Shown here: piece after piece, positions 40,379-49,681 of the stretch
Layout of the letters: every line of letters begins with the position of its first letter
Position numbering within the stretch: position 1 is the stretch's first letter
Source: a virus
DNA: 64,000 nt
Reading direction: 5' to 3' (one strand)
Virus record (IMG/VR): IMGVR_UViG_3300031552_000003
Span: 1-64,000 of that record
Notes under the pieces: model-generated
Told to the model about the DNA's origin: nothing
What the model saw: the letters and a program-made list of their open reading frames with translations, nothing else
Database searches by the model: none
Translations under genes and position numbers: made by a program

Positions 40379-41005
40379 TTATTTTAAGTATTTTACTTTG
40401 GATATTTTATTTTTGATACTTATTTCAAATACTTTATCAGCTGTTTCAATAATATCTTCACGTGGAATTCTTTCATCACTAACAGTGATTATCTGCATAC
40501 CTATGCGTTTAGATATTTCTTTTATCATTTCAAGTACCCTTTTGTTTGGTTCGACCCCTTTTAAATGCTTGAAAGGCTCATCTAATAATATAATCGGGCT
40601 TGTATGTGGTACTTGCATTGTCCATGATGCTACACGTAAAGCAAATGCAGCCACGTCAACTGCCCCTACACCGGAAGCAGTTTTTGGATTGACAATGTTT
40701 CCATCCCTGTTAAAAGAAAGGTCACATTCTGTTTTATTTCTGCGTTGGACAAAATCTACTTCTAAAGAATATGGTTCCGGAAAAACGCTCTCAAGTGCAA
40801 GAGAAGTAATGTCAGATATATGTACAGAAAGTTGTTCCTGTGTTTTTAGGCCCACTTCTCGTATAATTTCTCGTGCTTGTTCATGTTTATGCAAATCACG
40901 TTTTTTTTCTTTTATTTCAATTTTGAGAGAAGAGATATTTTTTTGTATCTGATTTTTTTGGCCCTTCAACCTTTCCAAGGAATTTCTCAGGTTTTTTACG
41001 TCCAT
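40379..41005 (-). CDS. SbcC/Rad50 C-terminal half
   Basis: Coiled coil, ASGVG signature, ILLDEPF Walker B, QIITVS. Confidence 0.85.
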   Translation of the reverse strand: MDVKNLRNSLERLKGQKNQIQKNISSLKIEIKEKKRDLHKHEQAREIIREVGLKTQEQLSVHISDITSLALESVFPEPYSLEVDFVQRRNKTECDLSFNRDGNIVNPKTASGVGAVDVAAFALRVASWTMQVPHTSPIILLDEPFKHLKGVEPNKRVLEMIKEISKRIGMQIITVSDERIPREDIIETADKVFEISIKNKISKVKYLK

Positions 41006-41082
41006 GTGGAATTAATTTTATTAGAAATATTAAACTTTTAAAAAAATAAGCAATTAAATATAGAATAGGAATTGCAATTGCT

Positions 41083-41268
41083 TTAAGTACATTTTTCATG
41101 TTTTTGTTTTTTTTGAACATTAAAAGAAATGTTATGTACATTAAAATCATCTAATCTATTTGCGGGCAGTTCAACAGCACCAATAATCCTAACATCAGAT
41201 CGACTAAGTAAATGTATTAACATCAATTTAAGTTCTTTGTTTTTTAAAATTCCTGTTGTATTTTTCAT
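41083..41268 (-). CDS. Hypothetical protein
   Basis: Overlaps stop of upstream gene. Confidence 0.45.
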   Translation of the reverse strand: MKNTTGILKNKELKLMLIHLLSRSDVRIIGAVELPANRLDDFNVHNISFNVQKKQKHEKCT

Positions 41269-41501
41269 GACAATTCATATTTAGATTTAAGTTCTTCAAT
41301 TCCTGTTTCAATTTGCTGAGAAATTTTCTCAATTTCTTTGTTCATCAACTTTAATTTCTTTTCAACATCTTCAACAGAATTACATTCCCAATCGTTTTTA
41401 AGTTGTTTGAGCAAAGCTGTTTTGTGCCCGGTTAATTCACTAACTTTTGTTTTAGCTTCATCAACTTGCTTTTTTAATTCTAATAAATCTTGTTCTGTCA
41501 T
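41265..41501 (-). CDS. Small coiled-coil protein (start MTEQD preferred)
   Basis: Heptad pattern; lies between sbcD and sbcC-C. Confidence 0.6.
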   Translation of the reverse strand: MTEQDLLELKKQVDEAKTKVSELTGHKTALLKQLKNDWECNSVEDVEKKLKLMNKEIEKISQQIETGIEELKSKYELS

Positions 41502-41695
41502 GATTTTAAAGGTTTTATTATTATAGTACATTCTGATAAATCAACAGGTTTAATTGTTCTATTTTTATTATTAAATTCTTCTCCTTGCATAGTATCTAAA
41601 TCAATCCAACTTATATAAGGTAATTTTCCGTATTTATGATGTTCTATATTTATTCTATTTTTATTAGAATGGTTTATTATTAAGATATTATTCAT
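41498..41695 (-). CDS. Hypothetical protein
   Basis: In-operon ORF. Confidence 0.45.
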   Translation of the reverse strand: MNNILIINHSNKNRINIEHHKYGKLPYISWIDLDTMQGEEFNNKNRTIKPVDLSECTIIIKPLKS

Positions 41696-41746
41696 AATTT
41701 CTAATATTTATTATTTATTATTTTTTATTTTTTTGTTTCCAATCAT

Positions 41747-42295
41747 TTATTTGCTTTTATAGATTATTTTATAATTTTTATCATATAATAACTGGTAAAT
41801 ATCAGTTATATGCACGTCCCCGTAATTTTCAGGGTTTAAATTTTTTCTACACATCATTTCACTCTCATAGCAATAAGTAAACCCGTCTTTATCTTTTGTA
41901 AAGATGTTTAATCTTAAATAAACCAATGATAACCATTGTACAAAATTCCAATATTGATATGTTTTAGATACAGTATCTAAATGCATACAATAATTTTTTG
42001 TTTGGTTTATTTCTTTTATAGAAAGTTCCTCATTTCTGCGCATAATTGAAAAATCATCTTTATCCCAATTATAATGTTTATTAAAAACAATTGGGTTGTA
42101 TCCGTTGTCAACAGACCCAAATAAATACAATTCACCGGCAAACCATACAAACCTGGCTGCATGGGAATAAATCATAGAAGTATTATATCCTATTTTCTTC
42201 CCCCATTTTTTCATTACTGCACAAATCGCTTTACTAAGAAAAGTGTTTGATTTTACAAGAAAAGTATCCCCTGTTTTTACATCATTTATATCCAT
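41747..42295 (-). CDS. Permuted papain-like (YiiX/YebB) amidase-like protein
   Basis: TGD.FLV, YSHAA, later CYE (His before Cys). Confidence 0.6.
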   Translation of the reverse strand: MDINDVKTGDTFLVKSNTFLSKAICAVMKKWGKKIGYNTSMIYSHAARFVWFAGELYLFGSVDNGYNPIVFNKHYNWDKDDFSIMRRNEELSIKEINQTKNYCMHLDTVSKTYQYWNFVQWLSLVYLRLNIFTKDKDGFTYCYESEMMCRKNLNPENYGDVHITDIYQLLYDKNYKIIYKSK

Positions 42296-42325
42296 AGCTT
42301 TTTTATTATATTAGTTAAACAATAT

Positions 42326-42517
42326 TTAGTATCTATTATTTTTTTGTTTCCAATCACTAATTTCTTTTTGCAAAACATCCCAATTCATCAAGATATATAA
42401 TTCCACTTCTTTTGTAGCCCTATGCTTATTGTGTAGCCAAATAAGATAATAGGCAGGAATATTTGCCATCGGGGTTCCTTTATATTTGCCGTAAGGCATT
42501 AAATCTGTGTCTTTCAT
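42326..42517 (-). CDS. DUF3820-like protein
   Basis: MPYGKYKG..MA.IP..YL.W. Confidence 0.8.
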   Translation of the reverse strand: MKDTDLMPYGKYKGTPMANIPAYYLIWLHNKHRATKEVELYILMNWDVLQKEISDWKQKNNRY

Positions 42518-42520
42518 AAT

Positions 42521-42961
42521 CTATAGTATAAAATTTAAACCAATACATGATTCCCAATTCCATAAATCTGACATAAATAAAATAGAAAATTTTTGTGTTA
42601 ATTTACCACTTATTCCTAAATCAAAAGAAGTTTTAATTATATTATCTATATTATTTAGTGTTGAATTTTTAGTATAATCAAAAAAGAAACTACGATTAAT
42701 TCCAATATAAAAAAATGCTTTATCAGGAATTGGGAAAGATGCCCCTATACCTGTTTTTATATTTTGTGTATAAAAATAATCACATTCAATTTTTTTTCTA
42801 ATATCACCATACCAAATTTTCCCATATAATCCAAATTTATGAAAGTTGTGATTATATACAATTCCGGTACGGAAATAAGCAGGTTCAATAGTTATAAACA
42901 ATTGTGCTTTTACTACAATTGTTAAAAACATAATAAATAACAATACAATTAATTTTTTCAT
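42521..42961 (-). CDS. Signal-peptide outer-membrane beta-barrel-like protein
   Basis: MKKLIVLLFIMFLTIVVKA|Q; alternating G/aromatic strands; C-terminal IGLNFIL. Confidence 0.65.
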   Translation of the reverse strand: MKKLIVLLFIMFLTIVVKAQLFITIEPAYFRTGIVYNHNFHKFGLYGKIWYGDIRKKIECDYFYTQNIKTGIGASFPIPDKAFFYIGINRSFFFDYTKNSTLNNIDNIIKTSFDLGISGKLTQKFSILFMSDLWNWESCIGLNFIL

Positions 42962-43830
42962 CTTTCTAAACTTTGATAAACTATGTTCATTACACTTTTA
43001 CGTATTTGGTTTTTCTTTTCAAACCTTTCTAAATTGTCTTCAAACGACATAGAAGCTTTCCACTTTTCGTTTAATTGGGAAACAAAACTTTCTATGCGTT
43101 CGTTTCGTTGTTCTTCCTTTTCTAAATGTTCTCTTGTAATAACATTCTCTTCAATTGGTATAAAAACAGGCTCTACGGTGTTTGATTCTGCATTATAAAG
43201 GTAAACACGTGGTAAATGTGTTTCACTTGCACGTTGACGTGATAGTGAGCCTGGATTTACTAAAATTCTACCTTCATATTCTTGTACAAAAGGTTGATGA
43301 TTATCGCCTGTTACAATTAAATCATAATTCGGATATTGTTTCAACAATTTACTTGCTTTTGGTTCTGTACAATCTGGCCAAGGTTCTTTACCTTGATATG
43401 TAAATTTATGCCAAGCAAGGGTTTTAGCCATATCTTGTGGTACACTACCCCAACTACACATTTCAATATCTTTGAAAGTATATGTTATAACTTTCCCAGC
43501 TCTATAAAGTGTATATAATCCACACTTTTCAATTAAATCAAGATTATGTTGTGGAAGATCATGATTTCCATATACTGAGAAAAATTGTTCCGGTAAATGT
43601 TTCATTGTTTTAGAAAGTAACCATGGAGAAGGTTTCCATGTGTGGAAAACGTCCCCCCCGCAAAGTACAGGGCAATTATACTTTTTTTGTAAATTAGAAA
43701 TAAAATCGAGTTTTCTCCATTGTGTAACATTTACAAAATCATCAGTACGACAAACAGGTTTATCTTCTCGTAAATGAATATCAGCACACAGTATTAAATC
43801 AATTTTCTTTATTTTTGTTTTTCGTATCAT
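42958..43830 (-). CDS. sbcD: SbcD/Mre11 nuclease
   Basis: ADIH, GGDVF, GNHD, GDNH, NPGS. Confidence 0.9.
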   Translation of the reverse strand: MIRKTKIKKIDLILCADIHLREDKPVCRTDDFVNVTQWRKLDFISNLQKKYNCPVLCGGDVFHTWKPSPWLLSKTMKHLPEQFFSVYGNHDLPQHNLDLIEKCGLYTLYRAGKVITYTFKDIEMCSWGSVPQDMAKTLAWHKFTYQGKEPWPDCTEPKASKLLKQYPNYDLIVTGDNHQPFVQEYEGRILVNPGSLSRQRASETHLPRVYLYNAESNTVEPVFIPIEENVITREHLEKEEQRNERIESFVSQLNEKWKASMSFEDNLERFEKKNQIRKSVMNIVYQSLER

Positions 43831-44102
43831 TTTGTTTCAGTTTGTAAATTTCCATTTTCATCTTCATACCAAACAGAACCTCCAATTCCTTTTTGCCTAC
43901 GTAAAATTAATTCTTGAACATGTTTAAATGCCATATTTAATATATTACAAGAAATATTTAATTTTCCTTTAGCAAATCTTGGATTAGAAATACCGTGTTT
44001 TTCTCTAATTTCTAAAACACGTTCCTCAGATTCCGCTTTAATAATATGATGCCCCTGTACTTTTTTTCCATAGACACCTAAATCAAAATAATATTTTTCC
44101 AT
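43827..44102 (-). CDS. Hypothetical protein
   Basis: ORF overlapping sbcD start. Confidence 0.55.
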   Translation of the reverse strand: MEKYYFDLGVYGKKVQGHHIIKAESEERVLEIREKHGISNPRFAKGKLNISCNILNMAFKHVQELILRRQKGIGGSVWYEDENGNLQTETK

Positions 44103-44134
44103 AATTTTTATTTTTTAATTGTTTGATTACTTAC

Positions 44135-44350
44135 TTATTCTGTTTCGTCTTTCGTATCATTATTTTCAATTAAAGAATATGATTTAAAAACATCTGTTAT
44201 TTTATTTTCTATATCAATATTTTGTATGGTAGTTATTATAGCTTCTTTTCCTGCTATAAGATGTATGTGTATTTCTTTTACATTATTAGGATTTAATCCT
44301 AATGTTTCACATAATTTGCTACCTAATTCAATAGATGATATCTTATCCAT
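44135..44350 (-). CDS. Hypothetical protein (start MDKISS preferred)
   Basis: ATG overlaps sbcC-N end; same leader as next gene. Confidence 0.55.
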   Translation of the reverse strand: MDKISSIELGSKLCETLGLNPNNVKEIHIHLIAGKEAIITTIQNIDIENKITDVFKSYSLIENNDTKDETE

Positions 44351-45425
44351 ATTTTTGTTTTTTAATTGTTTGATTACATAAAGGACAAATTTTTGGCATA
44401 TTATCTTCAAATTTTTCATGTAGTTTATCATAATTCTTTTTAGATGTTTCAAACACCTCATCAGTACTTTTTATGTTATTTATAGCACGTTGTAATTTAT
44501 TTTTTTCTGATAATAAACTATCATATTTTTTAAATAATACAAGTAAAGTATCAATAGTTTTTCCGGCAGGGATTAATTTTTCATTTTTTTGTATTTCAAA
44601 AAGAGTTTTATTTATTATCCTGTATAATTCTTTTAATTGTTTTTGCTTTAATTCTAATTTTTTTTGTTTTTCAATATTTTGAATAATTTCATTTATCGAA
44701 GTTTCTATTTGTAGCAATTCTTCATATTCATTAACTTCAATTTGTACTTTTTTTAAAGCAGAACAAATAACAGATAGTTTTTTAGCTTGATTTTGCTTAT
44801 TAGCTAATTGTTCTTGCATATTTTCTAAAACCTCAACCTCTATTTCCACTTTTTCAAGATAATTGAAATTTGAAAGCGTATCAGTGTTTTTTTGCAATTC
44901 TGTTTCTTTATATTTAATATCTTGGTTTAAGGAATTAATCCAAGAATTAATATTTGAATTTGCAAAATCTATTTTATCAAACTTGGAAACTTTGTTAAAA
45001 TGTTTAGCTACTTCCCCCGGGGTATTGCTAAGAAGAAAATGTGATGCTAATTGTGTTTGTATATTTGTTTCGTCAATATTTAAAATGTCTGCTATTTCTT
45101 CTGGCACACCATTTTTAATAGCATTGAAATGTGATTCTGGTTCATTTTTTGTTAAATCAAGTAAAACATACCCGTTTTCTTTTTCATTGCGTATTCGAGT
45201 AATTTTATAGGTATTATCAATCACTATTTTAACAGACGTAGCACCACCCCACCATGAACGAAAAGAATCTCCAGAAGGCTCATTTTTTATAACCCATTGC
45301 AAAGCATTCATTATAGCAGATTTTCCAGAATCACTTAATCCTACAAGCACATTTACCCCATTAGCAAAAGTAAACTCACTGTGTTTATGAGAAAGGAAAT
45401 TATTTATTTCAAGTGATGTAATCAT
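44343..45425 (-). CDS. SbcC/Rad50 N-terminal half ending at the zinc hook
   Basis: NFLSH, GLSDSGKS Walker A, Q-loop, coiled coil, terminal CPLC. Confidence 0.88.
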   Translation of the reverse strand: MITSLEINNFLSHKHSEFTFANGVNVLVGLSDSGKSAIMNALQWVIKNEPSGDSFRSWWGGATSVKIVIDNTYKITRIRNEKENGYVLLDLTKNEPESHFNAIKNGVPEEIADILNIDETNIQTQLASHFLLSNTPGEVAKHFNKVSKFDKIDFANSNINSWINSLNQDIKYKETELQKNTDTLSNFNYLEKVEIEVEVLENMQEQLANKQNQAKKLSVICSALKKVQIEVNEYEELLQIETSINEIIQNIEKQKKLELKQKQLKELYRIINKTLFEIQKNEKLIPAGKTIDTLLVLFKKYDSLLSEKNKLQRAINNIKSTDEVFETSKKNYDKLHEKFEDNMPKICPLCNQTIKKQKYG

Positions 45426-45446
45426 ATTTTTTATAATGTTTTATTT

Positions 45447-45965
45447 TTAATTTTTGTATTCACTTTTAGCAAGTTCTAATATCCATAAAGCATCTGCTTC
45501 ATTATCATTATTTCCTAAATAACCTAATTTTTCTTTTGCTGCAGCAATCATAGCAGGTTTTCCACAATTACCTTTTCCAGTAGCAAATTGTTTTATTTCT
45601 TTAGCTGAATAAGCTCTATAATTTATTCCTCTTTTTTCACAAGTAGATTCTATAATAGCTACTAACTTTGCAGCATGAATTAAAGATGACTTAAACCGCC
45701 CTGCAACTCTTTCATAAACTACTAAATTAATTTTAGACAATTCAATGACTTCAATCAATTTTGCCTCAAATCTAAGTAATTTCATACCAATAGATTCATC
45801 TTTACGGGTAGTTAAATCCCATATCCCATAAGAATCCTTTGATAATGCCCACCCTAATTTGGAAGCTTGATCAAGTGCGAGAATATTGCATGTTTTTATA
45901 GATTCCAGTTGTGTGCTACAATAATCCCCTACTTTTTTAAGTGTTTCCTTTTTAGTTCGTATCAT
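45447..45965 (-). CDS. RuvC-like Holliday junction resolvase
   Basis: ILALD, VYE, K.FATGKGN..K..M, NEADA. Confidence 0.85.
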   Translation of the reverse strand: MIRTKKETLKKVGDYCSTQLESIKTCNILALDQASKLGWALSKDSYGIWDLTTRKDESIGMKLLRFEAKLIEVIELSKINLVVYERVAGRFKSSLIHAAKLVAIIESTCEKRGINYRAYSAKEIKQFATGKGNCGKPAMIAAAKEKLGYLGNNDNEADALWILELAKSEYKN

Positions 45966-46147
45966 TTTTTCAATTTATAAATAGCATAAGTAAATTGTTC
46001 GATTAAATGTTTTAAATTTTTTTTATGAACCAAATGGGTTATCATATCAATATCACCTTTTTCATACATTTTAATTGATTTATCAAGTGATTTTTCGTAT
46101 TCTTTAAGTTCTTTTTCTAATAATTGTATAGGGGTTAAAACAGACAT
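45962..46147 (-). CDS. Hypothetical protein
   Basis: Coupled to ruvC-like start. Confidence 0.55.
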   Translation of the reverse strand: MSVLTPIQLLEKELKEYEKSLDKSIKMYEKGDIDMITHLVHKKNLKHLIEQFTYAIYKLKK

Positions 46148-46159
46148 TATCTTTCTTTT

Positions 46160-46330
46160 TTAATATATATTAAACATTCTCTTTATTTTAATCACATCCT
46201 CCGTAGTAAGTTTTTTTTGAGTATTTACTGTAATATTTTTTACTTTTTTTACTTTTTTTACTGCAACAGCAGATTCCTTGGTTTTCGAAAACCAAGGCCA
46301 GTAGGACAGTATTAATGGAAATATTATCAT
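46160..46330 (-). CDS. 56-aa hypothetical protein (absent from ORF track)
   Basis: TAATG-coupled to recA stop; MIIFPLIL...KKLTTEDVIKI. Confidence 0.4.
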   Translation of the reverse strand: MIIFPLILSYWPWFSKTKESAVAVKKVKKVKNITVNTQKKLTTEDVIKIKRMFNIY

Positions 46331-47373
46331 TATCTTTCTTTTTTACGATTAGAATTAAATTTACTTTGTATTTCTCCCCAAAGGTCTATAACATCATTTT
46401 TAAGTTCTTTGATAAGTTTTGGGTCTTTTTCAATTATTCTAATTGATGCTTCCATAGACTTATCAAGAATTTCTCCACGGTGTATATATACAGTAGCTCC
46501 GGTAAACCTTTTAATATATTGTAAATTTTCACGAATATCATCAATTCCATAATCAAAAATTATAGTAACAGGAGCTACACCAAATGGTCTCCAAATAGAG
46601 GATTTAAATACTTCAAAATTAGTTCTTACCCCTATTGCTTTTTTTACAGTCTTGCCTTTTACTGTTATTTCTTTATAAATTCGTTCCGGGGACATAGCCC
46701 TAAGGCGAAGCGAAGCATAAAAACCAATAGCAAAACCGCCAGGTGATTTTATTCCACCTGTATCAGCGTTTTCCCGTATCTGATTAGAACAAACCATTAA
46801 ATAATTTTTTTGTTTTAATATCCTGGCATTTTTTCGGAATCCTTCACTAAATTCTTTTGCCCTACGCATTCCCATTTTATCACCCTCATCTTTATCCATT
46901 TCTAAATTAGTAGAAAGAGCAGCAAGAGAATCAGTAAATGTTCCATTTACAATATTCTTTACCTCTTTTGGTTGCCATTCACGAATATTTTCAAATACTT
47001 CTGTTACTTTATCAGGTGTAGCATATTTGATATTTTTAATATTTAAATCAAATAATTGTGCAAATTGTTTATTCAATCTTGCTTCCGGGTCATCAAACCT
47101 TACTTCTCCACCTTTACGTTGAATACTCCCAGCTATTTCACAAAGCAAAATAGTTTTTCCAGCACCGCTTGGCCCAAATATTTCCATAAAAATCCCCCCA
47201 GGTATTCCCCCACCCCTAATTTGTCCTCCACTTATTTCAAGATCAAGGAGTGTAGAACCTGTTGAAATTACTGTTTTAAAATCACCTTCATATTCTTTTT
47301 TTTCTTTTATTTCTTTCGAAACATATTGTTTTATTTGCTTACTCAAAAGTTTTGGTTTTTTTGCCCGTATCAT
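46330..47373 (-). CDS. recA: RecA/UvsX recombinase
   Basis: ISTGS.LLD, EIFGPSGAGKT, DSLAAL, NQIR, PGG.A..FYAS.RL. Confidence 0.93.
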   Translation of the reverse strand: MIRAKKPKLLSKQIKQYVSKEIKEKKEYEGDFKTVISTGSTLLDLEISGGQIRGGGIPGGIFMEIFGPSGAGKTILLCEIAGSIQRKGGEVRFDDPEARLNKQFAQLFDLNIKNIKYATPDKVTEVFENIREWQPKEVKNIVNGTFTDSLAALSTNLEMDKDEGDKMGMRRAKEFSEGFRKNARILKQKNYLMVCSNQIRENADTGGIKSPGGFAIGFYASLRLRAMSPERIYKEITVKGKTVKKAIGVRTNFEVFKSSIWRPFGVAPVTIIFDYGIDDIRENLQYIKRFTGATVYIHRGEILDKSMEASIRIIEKDPKLIKELKNDVIDLWGEIQSKFNSNRKKER

Positions 47374-47634
47374 TGTATATTTGTTAGAATTGTTATACCA
47401 TTATTTGAAATAAATGTGTGTATAGGTGTGACATCCCCTTCTATGAGCACTTCTAAAATTGAAGCATTTTTTACTATTTATGATCATTCCAACAATCCCA
47501 TTTTTTACAATAAGGGCAAATAGCATAAGAAGTTATTTTATTATCACTACCAATCACATTTCCATATAAAAGTTTTTTATATGGGATTGGTTTATTGCAA
47601 TTTTTGCAAATTAATTTAAGTTTTTTAAGTTCCA

Positions 47635-47994
47635 TTAGATATTTTTTAGAATTAATTTGATATTTTCAGTATGAATCCCTTTTCTTTTCAATTCACTTTT
47701 AAGTTCTTTTTTAAAAGCTGCAAAAGATTTTTCAGGCTTCTTTATTTTTAAAACCTTCCATTCTTCTCTGATTTTTGCAGAAATTTCTTCTATTAAAATA
47801 TCTTCTTTTCCTTCTATATGATTTTTAGCTAAATCATACCAACGTTCCATTTCTCGTTTAACTATTATTGACTTAGTTAAACCTTTTGCAAGGGCAAATA
47901 GAGAAAAGTAGGAATGTAATTCCTTTGGAAATACAATCCCTACTAATTTTCCATCTATACCTTTACTTTTACTACTGCTTTTTAGTATAGACAT
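47635..47994 (-). CDS. Hypothetical protein (possible RHH-like N-terminus)
   Basis: VGIVFPKELH...A..KG.TKS.I. Confidence 0.5.
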   Translation of the reverse strand: MSILKSSSKSKGIDGKLVGIVFPKELHSYFSLFALAKGLTKSIIVKREMERWYDLAKNHIEGKEDILIEEISAKIREEWKVLKIKKPEKSFAAFKKELKSELKRKGIHTENIKLILKNI

Positions 47995-47999
47995 TGTTT

Positions 48000-49163
48000 T
48001 TATTTTTTACTTAGTTTTTCTTTAGCATCAGCACAAGCATCCCAAATTGTACAATCATCACACTCATCAAACTTTTCAGAATCTTTTCCGAATTTATGAC
48101 CATGTGGGCATTTTTTTCCTCTTACTACTGTTTTAGTAGGTTTTTCTTCTTCCTCTTCCTCCTCTTCTTCTTCAATTTCAACAGGTTTTCTTCCTGTACC
48201 TTTGCAAATAGGGCACTTTCTTCCTTTTGAATTTTTTCCTGTTCCCTGACAAGCTGTACATCGTTCTTTTTTTGGGATTATTATTTCTTCTTCCTCTTCT
48301 TCCTCTTCTTCCTCTTCTTCCTCTTCTTCCTCTTCCTCTTTTATTTTTCTTTTAGACGAAATTGTCTTTTTATGTCGTTTTGACGTATTTTCTTCCTCAT
48401 CATCGTCAGGCAAACTTCCCCCCTCTTCTTCCTCATCTATTTCAAAAAAAACAGCTTTTAATTCTTCATAAGAAAGGACAGAATCTTTAATTATTTCATC
48501 AAGATTTGGAATATCTTCTATAATACTTTCATCATAAGGATCACGATCTTCAAAAGAAATATGCCTAACTTCCGGATAAGGATTACTATCACCAATAGTT
48601 TTCCATTTAATATCACATTCTAATGTTTTACCTTCTTCCAAATCTGGAAATATTTCCATGTCCGGGTCTTTTTCTAAAGCATCATCAAGAGCATCATTAA
48701 ATAGTGATTCTGCCATATCCCATACATATACAGGTTCTGCTTCATGTTTTTTAGAATCAAGTGGAATTGGGGCATACAAATCCCTGTTTTTTGGGTACAA
48801 TTTAATGGCCCCTTTTTTATCTGTTTTAAATAATTCAGTTTGATAATCACAGATAGGGCATTTTTTTCCAACAGATTGTAAACAGATAAAACTTTTGTTT
48901 TTTGCACCTATACCTCGATGCAGTTTATAAGGCCGCCGATACCATGGAAATTCAACCTGAGCACCTAAATCTTTGTCAGGGTGTTTAGGATCGCTTACAA
49001 TATAAGGCATTAAATCTAATTGTACAGATTTTACTTTATCATCAAAAATAAGTAAAGAAATACCTTCTGGGAGTTTTAAATAATGTCCTCCTCCTGTTTT
49101 TAATTGTTTTTTTGTGCTTGCGTGTACCCGGCCTTTGAAATAACTTTCTTTTTTCTTTTTCAT
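48000..49163 (-). CDS. gp32-like ssDNA-binding protein with poly-Glu tracts and Zn-finger modules
   Basis: H..IG....F.C......CPIC, D.EEG core; next to recA and uvsY-like genes. Confidence 0.7.
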   Translation of the reverse strand: MKKKKESYFKGRVHASTKKQLKTGGGHYLKLPEGISLLIFDDKVKSVQLDLMPYIVSDPKHPDKDLGAQVEFPWYRRPYKLHRGIGAKNKSFICLQSVGKKCPICDYQTELFKTDKKGAIKLYPKNRDLYAPIPLDSKKHEAEPVYVWDMAESLFNDALDDALEKDPDMEIFPDLEEGKTLECDIKWKTIGDSNPYPEVRHISFEDRDPYDESIIEDIPNLDEIIKDSVLSYEELKAVFFEIDEEEEGGSLPDDDEEENTSKRHKKTISSKRKIKEEEEEEEEEEEEEEEEEEIIIPKKERCTACQGTGKNSKGRKCPICKGTGRKPVEIEEEEEEEEEEKPTKTVVRGKKCPHGHKFGKDSEKFDECDDCTIWDACADAKEKLSKK

Positions 49164-49183
49164 ACTAAATCATTTTAAAATTA

Positions 49184-49681
49184 TTATTTACTCCTATGTA
49201 ATTTTGTGGCAATTCCTTTATTTATATTATTGCTTTTGGCTTGTTTTTCTTCTTTTAGTTTACGTTCATTTGATAAATCACGTGGAACCCTTGGTCCTGC
49301 AAAATAACTTTGTCCATGTAGTTGCACAAGTAATTCGAGCATTTTCTTTCTTTGGTCAACTGCTTTTACTGCACCCGAAGCTACATTAAATTCAAAACAT
49401 TTTTCTAAATAATCTTCGTTTGCTTCTTTGTACTCATCACTTTGTAAAATAATAGCTGCAATAGCCCCTTCCGTAACTTTTTCAAGTTTGAATTTTTCAG
49501 GGCTTGTTCGAATCTTTTTATCTAATTCAGCTTTAACTAAACCTAATGCTTCTTTTGACAAATCCCTTTCTTTTTCACACTTTGCAGAATTTCTACAATA
49601 CTTCATCATCAATACTGCTTGTTCCAAACATTCTACGTCTAATGACGTTTCATCAATCTCAACATCTTTTTCGTAATTCAT
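49184..49681 (-). CDS. UvsY-like recombination mediator
   Basis: IDE..LD.E...Q, KVTE.AI, helical; position. Confidence 0.6.
   Translation of the reverse strand: MNYEKDVEIDETSLDVECLEQAVLMMKYCRNSAKCEKERDLSKEALGLVKAELDKKIRTSPEKFKLEKVTEGAIAAIILQSDEYKEANEDYLEKCFEFNVASGAVKAVDQRKKMLELLVQLHGQSYFAGPRVPRDLSNERKLKEEKQAKSNNINKGIATKLHRSK

Noticed and set aside
40323-40952. 209-aa + strand ORF and similar antisense ORFs in the track
   Set aside because: Shadows of well-supported opposite-strand genes
47380-47634. Possible frameshifted Zn-finger gene (CKNC ... CPYC in different frames)
   Set aside because: Too short and ambiguous to call without homologues
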